Part shown: positions 29,702 through 40,600 of the stretch, piece by piece
Position numbering within the stretch: position 1 is the stretch's first letter
How the letters are laid out: the number at the start of each line of letters is the position of its first letter
Virus record (IMG/VR): IMGVR_UViG_3300037400_002156
Location: 32,001 to 96,000 of that record
From: a virus
Taxonomy: Duplodnaviria > Caudoviricetes
DNA: 64,000 bases
Direction: 5' to 3' (one strand)
Program-made: the position numbers and the translations under genes
Notes under the pieces: generated by a model
Databases searched by the model: none
The model's input: the letters and a program-made list of their open reading frames with translations, nothing else
What the model was told of the DNA's origin: nothing

Positions 29702-32700
29702 TTAGTTATAACGTAAACAAGGAACATATACATTTGCTGTTGCACCAGCTGCTATTTTAAATCTTAACATAGTGTAATATGTGCCAGAAAAAGTCGAAGT
29801 ACCATAAGAAGCACTCGTATCATCTACTTTTTCTTCATAAGAATTTATATATAAAAGTGAAGTTGCATTTTCATTAGTTGTAAAGTAGGTTCCACTTGAT
29901 AATGATGTGCCTCTTGGAACAGTATAAGATGTAGACGAACTCTTATTTGTTATATTTAACTTAAAAAAGTAAAGACCGCCTGCTGATCTACTGAATAAAC
30001 AGTCTAAATCACCAGTATGATTTATCATTACCCAATATGTACCATCGTAGCGAAACATAACTGTTTCACCTGCATTCCATGAATGTATTGTATCGTTACC
30101 TACGTAGGTGCCTTCAACTCTTCTTATAAATTTATAACCTCCTCCAACAACTGTATCATCTGAATTTCTAACTCGAAGTGCTGGAGAATTAATAGTATTA
30201 CTATTAGTAAATTTAATTAAGATGATCATTCCAGTTGTAAAAGCATCAACATATCTGTTACTATTAGTTGTTAGCTTAACTTCTTTAATTTGTGTAACTG
30301 CTTCAGAAGAGCATTCACCATACGGTATACCAAAATTTTGTGCATATACGTTGTTAGCAAATACACTAGTAGTTGGATTTGCTCCACGTCCTATATAGTC
30401 ACACACTATATCTTTGCACATCAAATTTCCATTATGATCCTTAGATGCATCTACAGTTTCTCTAACTAGCTTTAATGCAAGAAAATCTGTTACTCCATTA
30501 CTAACAACAGAAAGAGCTATCTTTGGATCTAGTGCATAATCAATATTAACAGAGTCTTCACTAATATTGTGTAAGGTTCCTAAAGCTAGAGTAGGTGTAG
30601 AGATAAACATAGGATGCAGATTAGTGCCTTTATAATCTGTATACTTATCATTACCAGCTACTCTTGATCTTATCTTAATAACACCAACTTCATTAAATGT
30701 TGATTTACAGCAATTTTCAATATATTGATTAAAAACAACACTATTATAATCTTCTTCACCCTCATAATCACTTAAAGATTGAACTGCATTTTCTATGTAT
30801 ATATTAAGATTTTTACCTGTTACATCCCAATGTGACTGCCCTGAGCCTGTACTATCATAAGTGTATGAACTACTGCTCTGCCATATCTTAAAACTATCTT
30901 GATTACCTTCATGATCGTTGTCCCAATTACCAAAGCAAATAACAGGAGTCCAGCATTCACTATCACCAACAACCAAGCCAGTTCCGCCACTATCTCCAGC
31001 AACATATATAAAGCCATCGCTAGCAATCTGTAGAGCATTAGAACTAGAATAATCATTAAGATAAGCTATACTAGCATTACCAAAATTAAGATAATAACCT
31101 GGGGATATAGTTTTACTTGCTGTTATTGTCTGTGTTGTATCTGTAGTAACATATATATCTGCAACAGTGTCTATAATTTCAGCGCTTGTCTGTCTTATTT
31201 TCCCGTTCTTAAAAAAGAATATAGGATGGTCAGTTTCTAGGGATATAATACTATTAGAAGTACCTGCAACCATACCAAGATACACATAAAATTTATTATC
31301 TTCTGTAGATGGTAAAGTTTGAGTCCACCATGTATCATCAAGATAAAATTTTCTATCGGTACTATTAAAAGTAACTACTAAATATATTGCCTGATTATTT
31401 GTTAAAGAATTACTTAAACAATTGAAACTATATTTTCCATTTAAACTAGGATAACTTGTATATAGGTAAGTTGATAAAGCTATCTCCCCAGAATTTTTTG
31501 TAAGTGAATAACTATAATATAAAATTTTATCCAGATAAAAACCATGTGGATTTTTAGTTTTAGTTGTATCTGTTGTACAAGAAGTGCAGATAGATTCATA
31601 TAAATTATCACCTACTCTAAAAACTAACTGGTATCCATAAATATTACCTGTGCCTGCTATAACACTTGACGCTTTATTATAGGCGTAATCAACTGATGGT
31701 ATACTTGGCTTGTTAGTTAAATCATTATAGCTACCTGTAAAAGCAACTGTTTTTAATTTATCTTCTAAAACCTGTGACAAATCTTCTAAAGGTATATCAA
31801 TATCTGACTTATTAGCATCAGCATTAAAATGAAAGTGTAAACATTTTACTCCTTCTATAGTAGCAACATTAAGATAAAAGGTCATTGTACTAGAGTTATA
31901 GTTAGATGAAGCTAAAATAGCATTATAAACATCTTGTGAAGAATCTCCTGTATAAATAAATGCGGGAAGACTTTGATCAACTAATTGTTTAGCGTCATTA
32001 AGTTCTATACCAAGACCATCTTTTACAGCTTTTATTGTTGAAATTCTAGAGTCATAATTTACTAAAACAACACCCTCTGTATCTCCATATAAAGGAGGCG
32101 TAAGTTGTCCAACAGTAACTACAGAGACACTATCAAGCATTCCATCTTTAGTAAATGGAGTTGCATCAATATCTGTATTTAACTTTGTATTATTGCTATT
32201 ATAAAATTCTATTTTACCAGTAGTAGAATTGTATTGTGCTGATGAAATCTGATTAGATAATTTTGCATCAACCTGAGGCTTAGAATAAACAGAATAAGAA
32301 TCATCTGCTGACGTAGATTCATCCTCAATATGAACAATACCGTCTGTATTTAAAGATGCTGATGCTGGACTTGCTTGAATAGATGTTATAGAAAATCCAT
32401 TTGTAAAGCAGGAAGCGTCAAAAGATAAAAATAAATTTATTTCCGAAGACGAATTTTTATTGACAATATTATTTACGTTTGAATATGCCGCTACTATCTT
32501 CTTGACGTTATTCACTAACTTATAAAGTAGTATAGTTTTAGCTTGATACGAGTTAGAAGAAAGATCTCTAATTCGTAGATTAAGATAAGTACCCGTTGAA
32601 TTTCCAGTTGAATCATCTTCAAATAATACTGGTAATGAAGAAAGATTTTCTAGTGAAGATATTTTTGGTATGTAAGGAGAAGTTAAAGCTATACCATCTA

Positions 32701-32758
32701 TTTGCATATTAGTAGAAACTTGTGACTGACCATAAGTTGTTAGTGATAGGCTAAACAT
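29702..32758 (-). CDS. Tail fibre protein
   Basis: TVAFTGSYNDLTNKPSIP, FRYDGTYW and a Ser/Thr-rich mosaic; N-terminus similar to 34180..36855. Confidence 0.85.
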   Translation of the reverse strand: MFSLSLTTYGQSQVSTNMQIDGIALTSPYIPKISSLENLSSLPVLFEDDSTGNSTGTYLNLRIRDLSSNSYQAKTILLYKLVNNVKKIVAAYSNVNNIVNKNSSSEINLFLSFDASCFTNGFSITSIQASPASASLNTDGIVHIEDESTSADDSYSVYSKPQVDAKLSNQISSAQYNSTTGKIEFYNSNNTKLNTDIDATPFTKDGMLDSVSVVTVGQLTPPLYGDTEGVVLVNYDSRISTIKAVKDGLGIELNDAKQLVDQSLPAFIYTGDSSQDVYNAILASSNYNSSTMTFYLNVATIEGVKCLHFHFNADANKSDIDIPLEDLSQVLEDKLKTVAFTGSYNDLTNKPSIPSVDYAYNKASSVIAGTGNIYGYQLVFRVGDNLYESICTSCTTDTTKTKNPHGFYLDKILYYSYSLTKNSGEIALSTYLYTSYPSLNGKYSFNCLSNSLTNNQAIYLVVTFNSTDRKFYLDDTWWTQTLPSTEDNKFYVYLGMVAGTSNSIISLETDHPIFFFKNGKIRQTSAEIIDTVADIYVTTDTTQTITASKTISPGYYLNFGNASIAYLNDYSSSNALQIASDGFIYVAGDSGGTGLVVGDSECWTPVICFGNWDNDHEGNQDSFKIWQSSSSYTYDSTGSGQSHWDVTGKNLNIYIENAVQSLSDYEGEEDYNSVVFNQYIENCCKSTFNEVGVIKIRSRVAGNDKYTDYKGTNLHPMFISTPTLALGTLHNISEDSVNIDYALDPKIALSVVSNGVTDFLALKLVRETVDASKDHNGNLMCKDIVCDYIGRGANPTTSVFANNVYAQNFGIPYGECSSEAVTQIKEVKLTTNSNRYVDAFTTGMIILIKFTNSNTINSPALRVRNSDDTVVGGGYKFIRRVEGTYVGNDTIHSWNAGETVMFRYDGTYWVMINHTGDLDCLFSRSAGGLYFFKLNITNKSSSTSYTVPRGTSLSSGTYFTTNENATSLLYINSYEEKVDDTSASYGTSTFSGTYYTMLRFKIAAGATANVYVPCLRYN

Positions 32759-32831
32759 ATATTACTCCAAATAATATAAATAGCAAGTAAGTCGACTTAC
32801 TTGCTATTGTGTCTACAAATATACTTAATTT

Positions 32832-34010
32832 TTACGATAATTTTGATATGCGTAAAGCAGATGTATAATAATTATCATTAAATTGTGATACTGACATCTC
32901 TACCCAATCACCTTCACTATTTTTACAGAAAACTTGAGTACTACCTGAAATAACTATATCTTCAGAAATCTGAGTGTCTGTATTAGAATCAAACAACTGT
33001 AGATATAATAAATATTTAGGTACAAGGTCTGTACCTTCACTGTCTACATTGCAAATCATAGCTGGCATTATCATTCTGACAGGCAATCTTAGAGTATCTG
33101 CTCTAGGGCCTGGCCATGAATTAGTAAGGTAACTAGACCCCTCTTGAGAAATACAGTTAGAGTCTAAGTCTTCATAGTTATCTTCTGATACTAACTTAAT
33201 TAGCTTAAAAGAAAAAGCTCCGTATTCAGACTCATAACCATCCCAACAACTAAATAATAGAAGAGAAGACTGGAGCCATGACTCTATATTAGTATCATTA
33301 TTAAAAGTTGATGAACTAATGTAATTATTAGTTGGTTGCTCAGATAAAGGTATATAGCCAAATTTATAATATACTTCTCTATCGCCTATCTTTAGAGACG
33401 ATGTTACATAATCATACTGTACATCTAAAGTTTGACCATCCTGTAAAACAATTCCTACTTCAAAGTTTGGGTTTGCTAAGCTAATAACAGGCTTTAAGCT
33501 ACTATCACTATTTGTAGTATTTTCAATTAAAGGGTTTAACGTAATATTGTTATTTAGAATTTTATTTGCTGTTGCAGTAGTATTATCACTAGGCTCACAT
33601 CCAGATAAGACTAACTTAGATACTCTAGTCTGGGATAAGTTCATTGTGATATCTTCTATTGTCGTAAGATCATATTCATCTGGTGATAGCTTATCCAGAG
33701 AAGCTGGAAAGTTAGACACACCCTGATTTGGCTCGTTACAATAAGGAATTTCTACATATAACAACTTATCTCCATCAGAAAAATTACCCAAAGAAGCGGA
33801 AGTTACTGCGTCAGTTATAGTGTTAGTAGTTAATAGAAATGTTGCAAATTTACTTTTAATACGCGCTACTAAATGATCAAATGTACTATCATTATAAACA
33901 CCATGAAATTGAAGAACAGCATCTTTCATAAAAAAATTTATGAAAGACTGCTCTCTATTACTAAGGTTACTCCATCCATCTACTGTTATTGAAACTTTCA
34001 TATCAGGCAT
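32832..34010 (-). CDS. Putative tail/baseplate protein
   Basis: Lies between fibre genes; N-terminal VSITVDG resembles their LSLTTYG / FTVTSAG starts. Confidence 0.55.
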   Translation of the reverse strand: MPDMKVSITVDGWSNLSNREQSFINFFMKDAVLQFHGVYNDSTFDHLVARIKSKFATFLLTTNTITDAVTSASLGNFSDGDKLLYVEIPYCNEPNQGVSNFPASLDKLSPDEYDLTTIEDITMNLSQTRVSKLVLSGCEPSDNTTATANKILNNNITLNPLIENTTNSDSSLKPVISLANPNFEVGIVLQDGQTLDVQYDYVTSSLKIGDREVYYKFGYIPLSEQPTNNYISSSTFNNDTNIESWLQSSLLLFSCWDGYESEYGAFSFKLIKLVSEDNYEDLDSNCISQEGSSYLTNSWPGPRADTLRLPVRMIMPAMICNVDSEGTDLVPKYLLYLQLFDSNTDTQISEDIVISGSTQVFCKNSEGDWVEMSVSQFNDNYYTSALRISKLS

Positions 34011-34179
34011 AATTTCTTACTCCTTATATAAATTGTCCACTCTCTTAAAAGAGTGGACAATCTACTGTAAACTTCTATAATGTATTCTAACTAACTGAGA
34101 ACGATCCAGTGCTAAAGACTCCTGCTAGTGACGGGGTTGGTTCGTCTCCACCTCCGCTAGGTTCGTCGGAGTCTGGCAG

Positions 34180-36855
34180 TCAAGCTGTTTTCATAGCTAA
34201 AACTAGACATGGCTCTGTTGCTGTACGTCTAAAAGCTACAGAAAGAAGTGTCCATGTACCTGTTCTAGCGCTACCAGACTTTAAATAAGATATTTGACCA
34301 GAATTTGGAAGAGACATTCCTACTGGGTAGAGGTTTGATCCAGAAACTGTAGATCCTATTTCTTTCTTTGCATCATCCGCAGATGTACCTGTAGCTACTA
34401 ACATAAACAAACCTATTGCTCCAATACTGTCACCACTATTTAGTGATGATATAGCATTTGTAATGCCAGCATTCACAACTTCTACAGTTGGTAATTTGGA
34501 ATTATTTGATGACGCATTCCAATTTGATGTGGATGATTGTACACCGTCACCTGTATAAGATACTGAAGATACTGAAGTTGAAGCTGTAATTGTTGGGGTA
34601 GTAATGCTATGATTAGTAGTTACTGTGATATCATTAAATGTGTTAGATCCAGTAAATACATTGTTTCCTGATAATGTTGCATAATTACCAATAGAACCAG
34701 TGTATGCTTGCATATAATCTACGGTAACCAGTCTTCCATCTGACGGTGAAGCTGGTGGATTTGTAGGTATATCAGAGTAATCAGCTACTGCGTCTCCAGT
34801 TACAGAGAAACCGTTACAGTTAGTAGAAGCATCATAAGTTGGGGATATACTTATAGCAGTTTTATTTGTATAAGTACTACTCCCAGTTTTTTCTTTTAAT
34901 ATTAAAGAAGCTGAAATATTGTTTACAGGATCTGTACCTTTTCTAAACTCAATCCAACCACTTACATTACTACCATCAAAAATACCTGCATAATTTATAC
35001 TTGTTGCAGAAGCAGATATCTGGAAACGACCGGTACCCGTAGTAGTATTAGAAATAAGTGATATATTATCATCACGAGCTATAGAAATATCATCTACGCG
35101 TAAACCACCGTCTATTGTAGACTCCCCAGCGTTACCAGAGGTAACATTTAACTTACCAGTAACACTTAAAGCAGGTGTGCCTGATATATTACCTGTAACA
35201 CTTAAACAAGAAGATATTTGTTGTACAGTTGCAGAAGATAGTTTTACATAATTATCTGAAGTATAGTCTTCTACATATCCTGTTACAGCAGATACTGTTG
35301 GAATTAAAGAATTTGATCCTGAATATCCCCACTGACCAGCAGAAGATGAACCCTCTGTATATGATGATAAAACACCGTTTCCACTATAAGACCCAGAGCT
35401 TATACTAGTTGCAGTAATAGCATCAAATTGATTTGTAGTTGCAGGATCAGAACCTGCGTGTCTAAAATCATTAGAAGCATTAGATTCTGCAAATTTATTA
35501 TCTGCTTCTGTTTTTGTGTATGAGTCACTACCGTATTTACCAATATAAGTCCATGTTCTTGGATCTGTAGTTGTCAAGTTATATACTGTTGATGCGCCAT
35601 CTTGAGTTTCATCAGCAAGTACCTGTACTTTATCTCCTGACTGAAGATTTGTAGTATCTAACGTGTCTAATGCTGCTTTTGTAGCTACCATATCAGCTAA
35701 ATTCTGGCCAGCGTTTAAAGCATCAATTTGAGACTGTAAACCGCTATCAGCAGCTTGATAAGCGCTAGTTATTGATGATGCTGTAGAATTTATAGTGCTG
35801 TTTATGGATGTTACTGTAGAATCTATAGCGCCTTTTACCGCTTTAACTGTAGGTAATTTTGTTTCATTTCCAGAATTTTCCCAGCCTGCATCACCGCTGC
35901 CTGTTACATATGTAGCATATATCCCTGATCCAGATATAGTAGAATTAGCAACTATACCACCTGTAAATGTCTTTGAGCCTGTAATTGTTTCTGCACCAGC
36001 CTTATGTACAAAATCATTACCTGTTCCATTTACTAATTCATTTACAGCATGACCACTAACTAATTTATCAGTAGCTGCATTATTAACTTTAACAGAACTA
36101 GAATAAATACTGTCTATATATTTTTCATTTACTACTTTATAAGAGGAAGAGGCTCCTGATATAGTGTGTGATGAGAAAGAAGCTGATGAGGAAACTACAT
36201 TACCTGTAAGGGTTTTATCAATAGAAAGCTGCCCTGTTTGATTTTTTATAGTAATTTCATTTGTAGACGTTCCTCTAGTAGTCTGTAATTTAATTTGATC
36301 TAAAGAAACTTTACCTGTGTTAATAACACTGCCAGATATATCCCAAGGAACATAGTTACTACCAAGATCTGTTAATTTACTATCAATGTCAGCAGCGCTA
36401 TAAACAGTATTTGCTTTTTGAATCTCTCCACTACCTCTAGCTATTCTTATAACACCTTCTCTATACTGTGTAGCATATGGTAAATTTACTACAGTTGTTA
36501 AAAAAATACACTTAGAAGCATTATCAAACTGTGCAGAAATTCTAAGAATTAAGTTTTTATTTGCTGTTTTTACTATAGAGATGTTAGTGTCAGATGAATA
36601 TGCTACCTCAGTGCTGCCACTAAACAATGATATCTTTGTTGCTGTGTAAGATGCGCTTCCATTGTCTTCAAGAGAAATAACAACACAGTCACCTACACCA
36701 GTTCCAGCGTTATCATCTTTAATAACAGCACCTTTAAAATCTGTTGATGTTAATTTAGCTGCATTAGTACTATCGTAAAGTATAACTTTATCAATTGTAA
36801 CATTTCCACCAGATAATGCTGTAGCACCTGCTGATGTAACTGTAAAGTTTAACAT
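34180..36855 (-). CDS. Tail fibre protein
   Basis: FVHKAGAETITGSKTF, ATLSGNNVFTGSNTF and repeated KLPTV motifs; Ser/Thr/Gly-rich. Confidence 0.85.
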   Translation of the reverse strand: MLNFTVTSAGATALSGGNVTIDKVILYDSTNAAKLTSTDFKGAVIKDDNAGTGVGDCVVISLEDNGSASYTATKISLFSGSTEVAYSSDTNISIVKTANKNLILRISAQFDNASKCIFLTTVVNLPYATQYREGVIRIARGSGEIQKANTVYSAADIDSKLTDLGSNYVPWDISGSVINTGKVSLDQIKLQTTRGTSTNEITIKNQTGQLSIDKTLTGNVVSSSASFSSHTISGASSSYKVVNEKYIDSIYSSSVKVNNAATDKLVSGHAVNELVNGTGNDFVHKAGAETITGSKTFTGGIVANSTISGSGIYATYVTGSGDAGWENSGNETKLPTVKAVKGAIDSTVTSINSTINSTASSITSAYQAADSGLQSQIDALNAGQNLADMVATKAALDTLDTTNLQSGDKVQVLADETQDGASTVYNLTTTDPRTWTYIGKYGSDSYTKTEADNKFAESNASNDFRHAGSDPATTNQFDAITATSISSGSYSGNGVLSSYTEGSSSAGQWGYSGSNSLIPTVSAVTGYVEDYTSDNYVKLSSATVQQISSCLSVTGNISGTPALSVTGKLNVTSGNAGESTIDGGLRVDDISIARDDNISLISNTTTGTGRFQISASATSINYAGIFDGSNVSGWIEFRKGTDPVNNISASLILKEKTGSSTYTNKTAISISPTYDASTNCNGFSVTGDAVADYSDIPTNPPASPSDGRLVTVDYMQAYTGSIGNYATLSGNNVFTGSNTFNDITVTTNHSITTPTITASTSVSSVSYTGDGVQSSTSNWNASSNNSKLPTVEVVNAGITNAISSLNSGDSIGAIGLFMLVATGTSADDAKKEIGSTVSGSNLYPVGMSLPNSGQISYLKSGSARTGTWTLLSVAFRRTATEPCLVLAMKTA

Positions 36856-36933
36856 ATAAATACCTCCATTGAGTTGTAATAATTAAAAATCAGCTTATGT
36901 TATAGTTCATACTAGATAACTCAAAAGAGAGGT

Positions 36934-37833
36934 TTATAAATCGTAGGATATAAATTCTGTAGCTGAGTCATGACTATCATCTTCAAGGCGATTACCTTCT
37001 TCTGTAATAATGTCTTCAACTTGTTGAACAGAATTATTTGAAGTTGCAGAAGATAATAGTTGAGCGACAGACTCTAATAAATCATTGTGATCTTCATTCG
37101 AAATCTTTGTAGCAAACACTATGCACGGTTTACTTTCAGAAGATCCGATTGTCTCAGTTAAAATTTTCCATGTACCTGTTAGCTGAATTGAATGTAGCTT
37201 TGTGTATGAAAGATCTCCGGAATCCGGAAAACTAATACTTATTGGTGTTAATCTATCTCCAGTTACAAGAGTGCCATAATGAGTTGCTGAGCCATTTTCA
37301 CTATAATAAGAAAATAATCCAGTTGCGCCAATTGTATTTATGTCACCAGAATAATCACTATAATCAGGCGGGTTGTTGTACCAATGACAAGTATCAACAT
37401 CCCAATATTGATCTATGTCTTTGTTATACCAGCATTTAATTATAGTATCTTTTATAAAATATATTGATGATGGTGTGTGCGTTACACCAAAGCTTAAATG
37501 CATATTCTGAAAAGACTGTAGACATCCGTTATATTCATACATTTCATTTCCATGAAATGTATAAACGTCTAAGTTTAGCTGATTAGAAATTAAATATGCA
37601 TTAGTAAATTTTCTATCTTGCTTTAGCCAATAAGTAAGATCATCTGGAGTATACCATTGATTGTCTCTAACAACCCAAATATTATTATCTCTATCAGCCC
37701 ACGCAGCATATCTGTTTAGATTGTAATCATACACATATATTGATGTTGATGGATATAGCGTTATACCATAGTTATCATATAAATCTGATATAGATCTCCA
37801 GTCTCCATCATAGTAATATAGTCGTTCATTCAT
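36934..37833 (-). CDS. Putative tail-associated protein sharing the fibre-tip domain
   Basis: IGATGLF...SGDLSY...TGTWKIL...PCIVFATK aligns with the C-terminus of 34180..36855. Confidence 0.65.
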   Translation of the reverse strand: MNERLYYYDGDWRSISDLYDNYGITLYPSTSIYVYDYNLNRYAAWADRDNNIWVVRDNQWYTPDDLTYWLKQDRKFTNAYLISNQLNLDVYTFHGNEMYEYNGCLQSFQNMHLSFGVTHTPSSIYFIKDTIIKCWYNKDIDQYWDVDTCHWYNNPPDYSDYSGDINTIGATGLFSYYSENGSATHYGTLVTGDRLTPISISFPDSGDLSYTKLHSIQLTGTWKILTETIGSSESKPCIVFATKISNEDHNDLLESVAQLLSSATSNNSVQQVEDIITEEGNRLEDDSHDSATEFISYDL

Positions 37834-37847
37834 AAAGGCCTCTTAAG

Positions 37848-38666
37848 TTATTTACTATGAAGGCGCAGTTGTTGCGAGCCTAAATAAAAATATGAAAAAT
37901 CATTAAAAGTAGAATATATGCTTGTAAACTCAACAGCACTCATCCACGTAGATGTAATATGAGGTATACAATATTTATCAGAAAATGAATCATAGTAACA
38001 ATCATATGTCTCATCTGGATTCTCTATTGTATATGCATACATTACATCTCTAATAATGCCATTGGTTTGATCTAGATAAAAATCATTATAAGAGATAAAA
38101 AAGTCATCAATATAAAAACAATTATTCATACTGTCTTCATATATATCTTTTATCTCGTATGTGTCTGACTTGTATGAAGTAACTTCAGTATCGTAAAGAT
38201 AGGCTATCCAGTAGTGACGGTTTAATCTATCATCAAAATAAAGAGATGTAGTGTCATCATACCACACTCTGTTTTTAATAATATCTTTACATTTATACTG
38301 TGTTAATCCATATCGTGTATATAAAGTATTTATATAATGAATAAAACCGTCATCATAAAGTAAATATCTTAACTCTCTATTTTTATCTGTGTCTGAATAA
38401 CACTTATATTTACTATAGTGCTCACCTCTGTAAAAAGTGTAATCACCAATATATGAATATAATCCAAGAAAGTTTATATCATTATACCAACTAAGAGTCT
38501 CTCTATCGTAGTATGTATCTGTGTCAATATCTTTTATTACTGTTTCAGGCTCACCATGAAGATCGTAAAGTGTAAGTGATTGTGGTGGTGATAAAGTATA
38601 TCCTAAACTATGAGCTTGAGTATAATTAAGCCATTCTCCGTTTATATAAAATAATCTTTCTGACAT
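37848..38666 (-). CDS. Tyr-rich hypothetical (putative virion) protein
   Basis: MSERLFY start resembles 36934..37833; C-terminus resembles 26398..29166. Confidence 0.65.
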   Translation of the reverse strand: MSERLFYINGEWLNYTQAHSLGYTLSPPQSLTLYDLHGEPETVIKDIDTDTYYDRETLSWYNDINFLGLYSYIGDYTFYRGEHYSKYKCYSDTDKNRELRYLLYDDGFIHYINTLYTRYGLTQYKCKDIIKNRVWYDDTTSLYFDDRLNRHYWIAYLYDTEVTSYKSDTYEIKDIYEDSMNNCFYIDDFFISYNDFYLDQTNGIIRDVMYAYTIENPDETYDCYYDSFSDKYCIPHITSTWMSAVEFTSIYSTFNDFSYFYLGSQQLRLHSK

Positions 38667-38670
38667 GTAA

Positions 38671-39435
38671 CTACCTCGTATTAGTGTAGTTCCATATTTT
38701 ATTTATTTGAATGCATTTGTATTTCTTATGAAGATGTAAATCATTATCTACACCTTTAATGTATTTTAAATGAAAGTTAAATGTGTGAAGCGCAGTTCGT
38801 ATTAAATTTGAATATTCTCCATCATACCAGCTATTATCATATGATTTAAAATCAAATGAGTAGCCTAATAAAGTACATCCGTAAAGTACTCCAAGCGCAT
38901 ATGAGTACATTGCTTTATAGTCAAGTTTCTTATATACTTTACTGTAAAGCTTTTTTGTTTCGTGCTCTTCTTTTAATAAATTGTTATAGTTATCTGCTCC
39001 TGCAAGATATTTAACAGATACATCTCTTGTATCATATCCAGCATATTCAAATATCTTAATTAGTTCATCAGCTTCTTTATTAAAATCACTTATTGGCTCT
39101 TTATCAAATCCGTCATGATATATTATAGGAACTATTCTGTCTTGAGATGACCCAGAAATTTCTGATAATATCTTTTTAAGATTACCACAATAAAATTTAA
39201 TCTCACTAGAGTTAAGTGATTTATCTGTATTATTAAGATATTTATAAATCTTATCAAGAATATCTTGTGAAATAAGCGTATTGTTCAATACTATGTCGTC
39301 AAATGAATATTCATTACTTGGAGTAATCACAGCTTCTAATCCAAGTATGAATAGCATTGTAGGTTCACATAAGAATGGCTCATCATGTTGAAAATCATAG
39401 TAACAAATTGAGCCTAATCGTGACCAATATTCCAT
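38671..39435 (-). CDS. Hypothetical protein, paralogue of the 26398..29166 N-terminus
   Basis: EPTMLFILGLEAV, DYKAMYSYALGVLYGC, KIWNYTN. Confidence 0.75.
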   Translation of the reverse strand: MEYWSRLGSICYYDFQHDEPFLCEPTMLFILGLEAVITPSNEYSFDDIVLNNTLISQDILDKIYKYLNNTDKSLNSSEIKFYCGNLKKILSEISGSSQDRIVPIIYHDGFDKEPISDFNKEADELIKIFEYAGYDTRDVSVKYLAGADNYNNLLKEEHETKKLYSKVYKKLDYKAMYSYALGVLYGCTLLGYSFDFKSYDNSWYDGEYSNLIRTALHTFNFHLKYIKGVDNDLHLHKKYKCIQINKIWNYTNTR

Positions 39436-39448
39436 AATGAGATCTCCA

Positions 39449-40312
39449 TTATGAGCAGATGAGATTAAGAATGATATTATTTATGAATGATTCATTTCTT
39501 GTTTCTATAGAAGCATTTAGTTTACTAATAAGAGATTTTACATCTGAATCAAGCATAATATTAAATCCATTCTTTTTCTGATCAATGAGCTTTAATATAT
39601 CTTGAACTGATTTAAGTTTGCCAATAAATTTATTATTGAGCGATTTAGCAACTGGTTTTGAAAGATCTTTTAACATTACACTAGGATCTTTTCCATCATA
39701 AAAGTCGCTATCTGTAAATAATGAAACTTTTGTTGGTCCAGAGTTTTTATAGCTAATATAATCTTTATATAATTTATCACAAGCTGATTTAAAGTCTGTA
39801 ATTATTTCAATGTCTGTCTCTGTAGGCACTGTACTATTACTATTATCTTTAGCACTAGTTGATTTTTGCAATTCAGACTTCTTTGGATTCTGTTCTTTAA
39901 ACATACTATATATTGCAGTGTAATCTTTTTTCATTTGATTAAGAGCAACTATAATATGCTTACAAGCCATACCTTCTTTGTTTGGATTCTTAATAACTGG
40001 AGCTCTATCTTCTTTGTTAATGCCAGCATTACTTTTATATGTAATATACTTAAATCCAGAGTATAAAAACGCAGGACAAGTGCAGTGCACACGAACAGAG
40101 CCAGAAAGAGATTGTTTTAACGACTTTAGTTTATTGCCAGTTAAATCAAGTAGCTGAACTGTTACGTAATACTGCTTATCATGCTGGCTTGAATCTACTG
40201 TGTAAATTATCTTATTATCTTCTACTTTATATAATCTTGCGCCAATACCTTGGCTGGTGGCTCTTTCTTTAGAGCCTTTATCTGATTTGTTAATAATATC
40301 AGAAGGACGCAT
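39449..40312 (-). CDS. SWIM-type zinc finger protein
   Basis: VHCTCPAFLY...MACKHI. Confidence 0.75.
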   Translation of the reverse strand: MRPSDIINKSDKGSKERATSQGIGARLYKVEDNKIIYTVDSSQHDKQYYVTVQLLDLTGNKLKSLKQSLSGSVRVHCTCPAFLYSGFKYITYKSNAGINKEDRAPVIKNPNKEGMACKHIIVALNQMKKDYTAIYSMFKEQNPKKSELQKSTSAKDNSNSTVPTETDIEIITDFKSACDKLYKDYISYKNSGPTKVSLFTDSDFYDGKDPSVMLKDLSKPVAKSLNNKFIGKLKSVQDILKLIDQKKNGFNIMLDSDVKSLISKLNASIETRNESFINNIILNLICS

Positions 40313-40420
40313 AGTTCATCACCTTAAATAAAGTTGTATAGTTTATAGATTAGTTGATATAAAAACACCCCATGATAGAAAGTGATACTATCATGGGGTT
40401 TATTATTCCGCCTTAGAAAA

Positions 40421-40588
40421 TTAGCGGTTTCTGAAGCGCTCAACTAATGATCTCTTTTTTGGAGATTCATTATTTTCGTGTTCACGCTCAAGATCTTCAT
40501 TCATCATTTTTTCTAAACGATTCATGCGCTTTTCGATTATAAGAGCACGTTTCTCATCATCAGAAAGCTTCTCATATTTATTTGCCAT
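40421..40588 (-). CDS. Small charged protein (55 aa), putative prohead core protein
   Basis: Below the ORF-track cutoff. MANKYEKLSDDEKRALIIEKRMNRLEKMMNEDLEREHENNESPKKRSLVERFRNR; GAGG RBS; followed by a terminator hairpin. Confidence 0.7.
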   Translation of the reverse strand: MANKYEKLSDDEKRALIIEKRMNRLEKMMNEDLEREHENNESPKKRSLVERFRNR

Positions 40589-40600
40589 AATTACGCCTCA

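Noticed and set aside
29702-39435. Diversity-generating retroelement or invertible fibre cassette
   Set aside because: No reverse transcriptase, no near-identical TR/VR pair and no inverted fibre segments. Similarities are only at diverged protein level.
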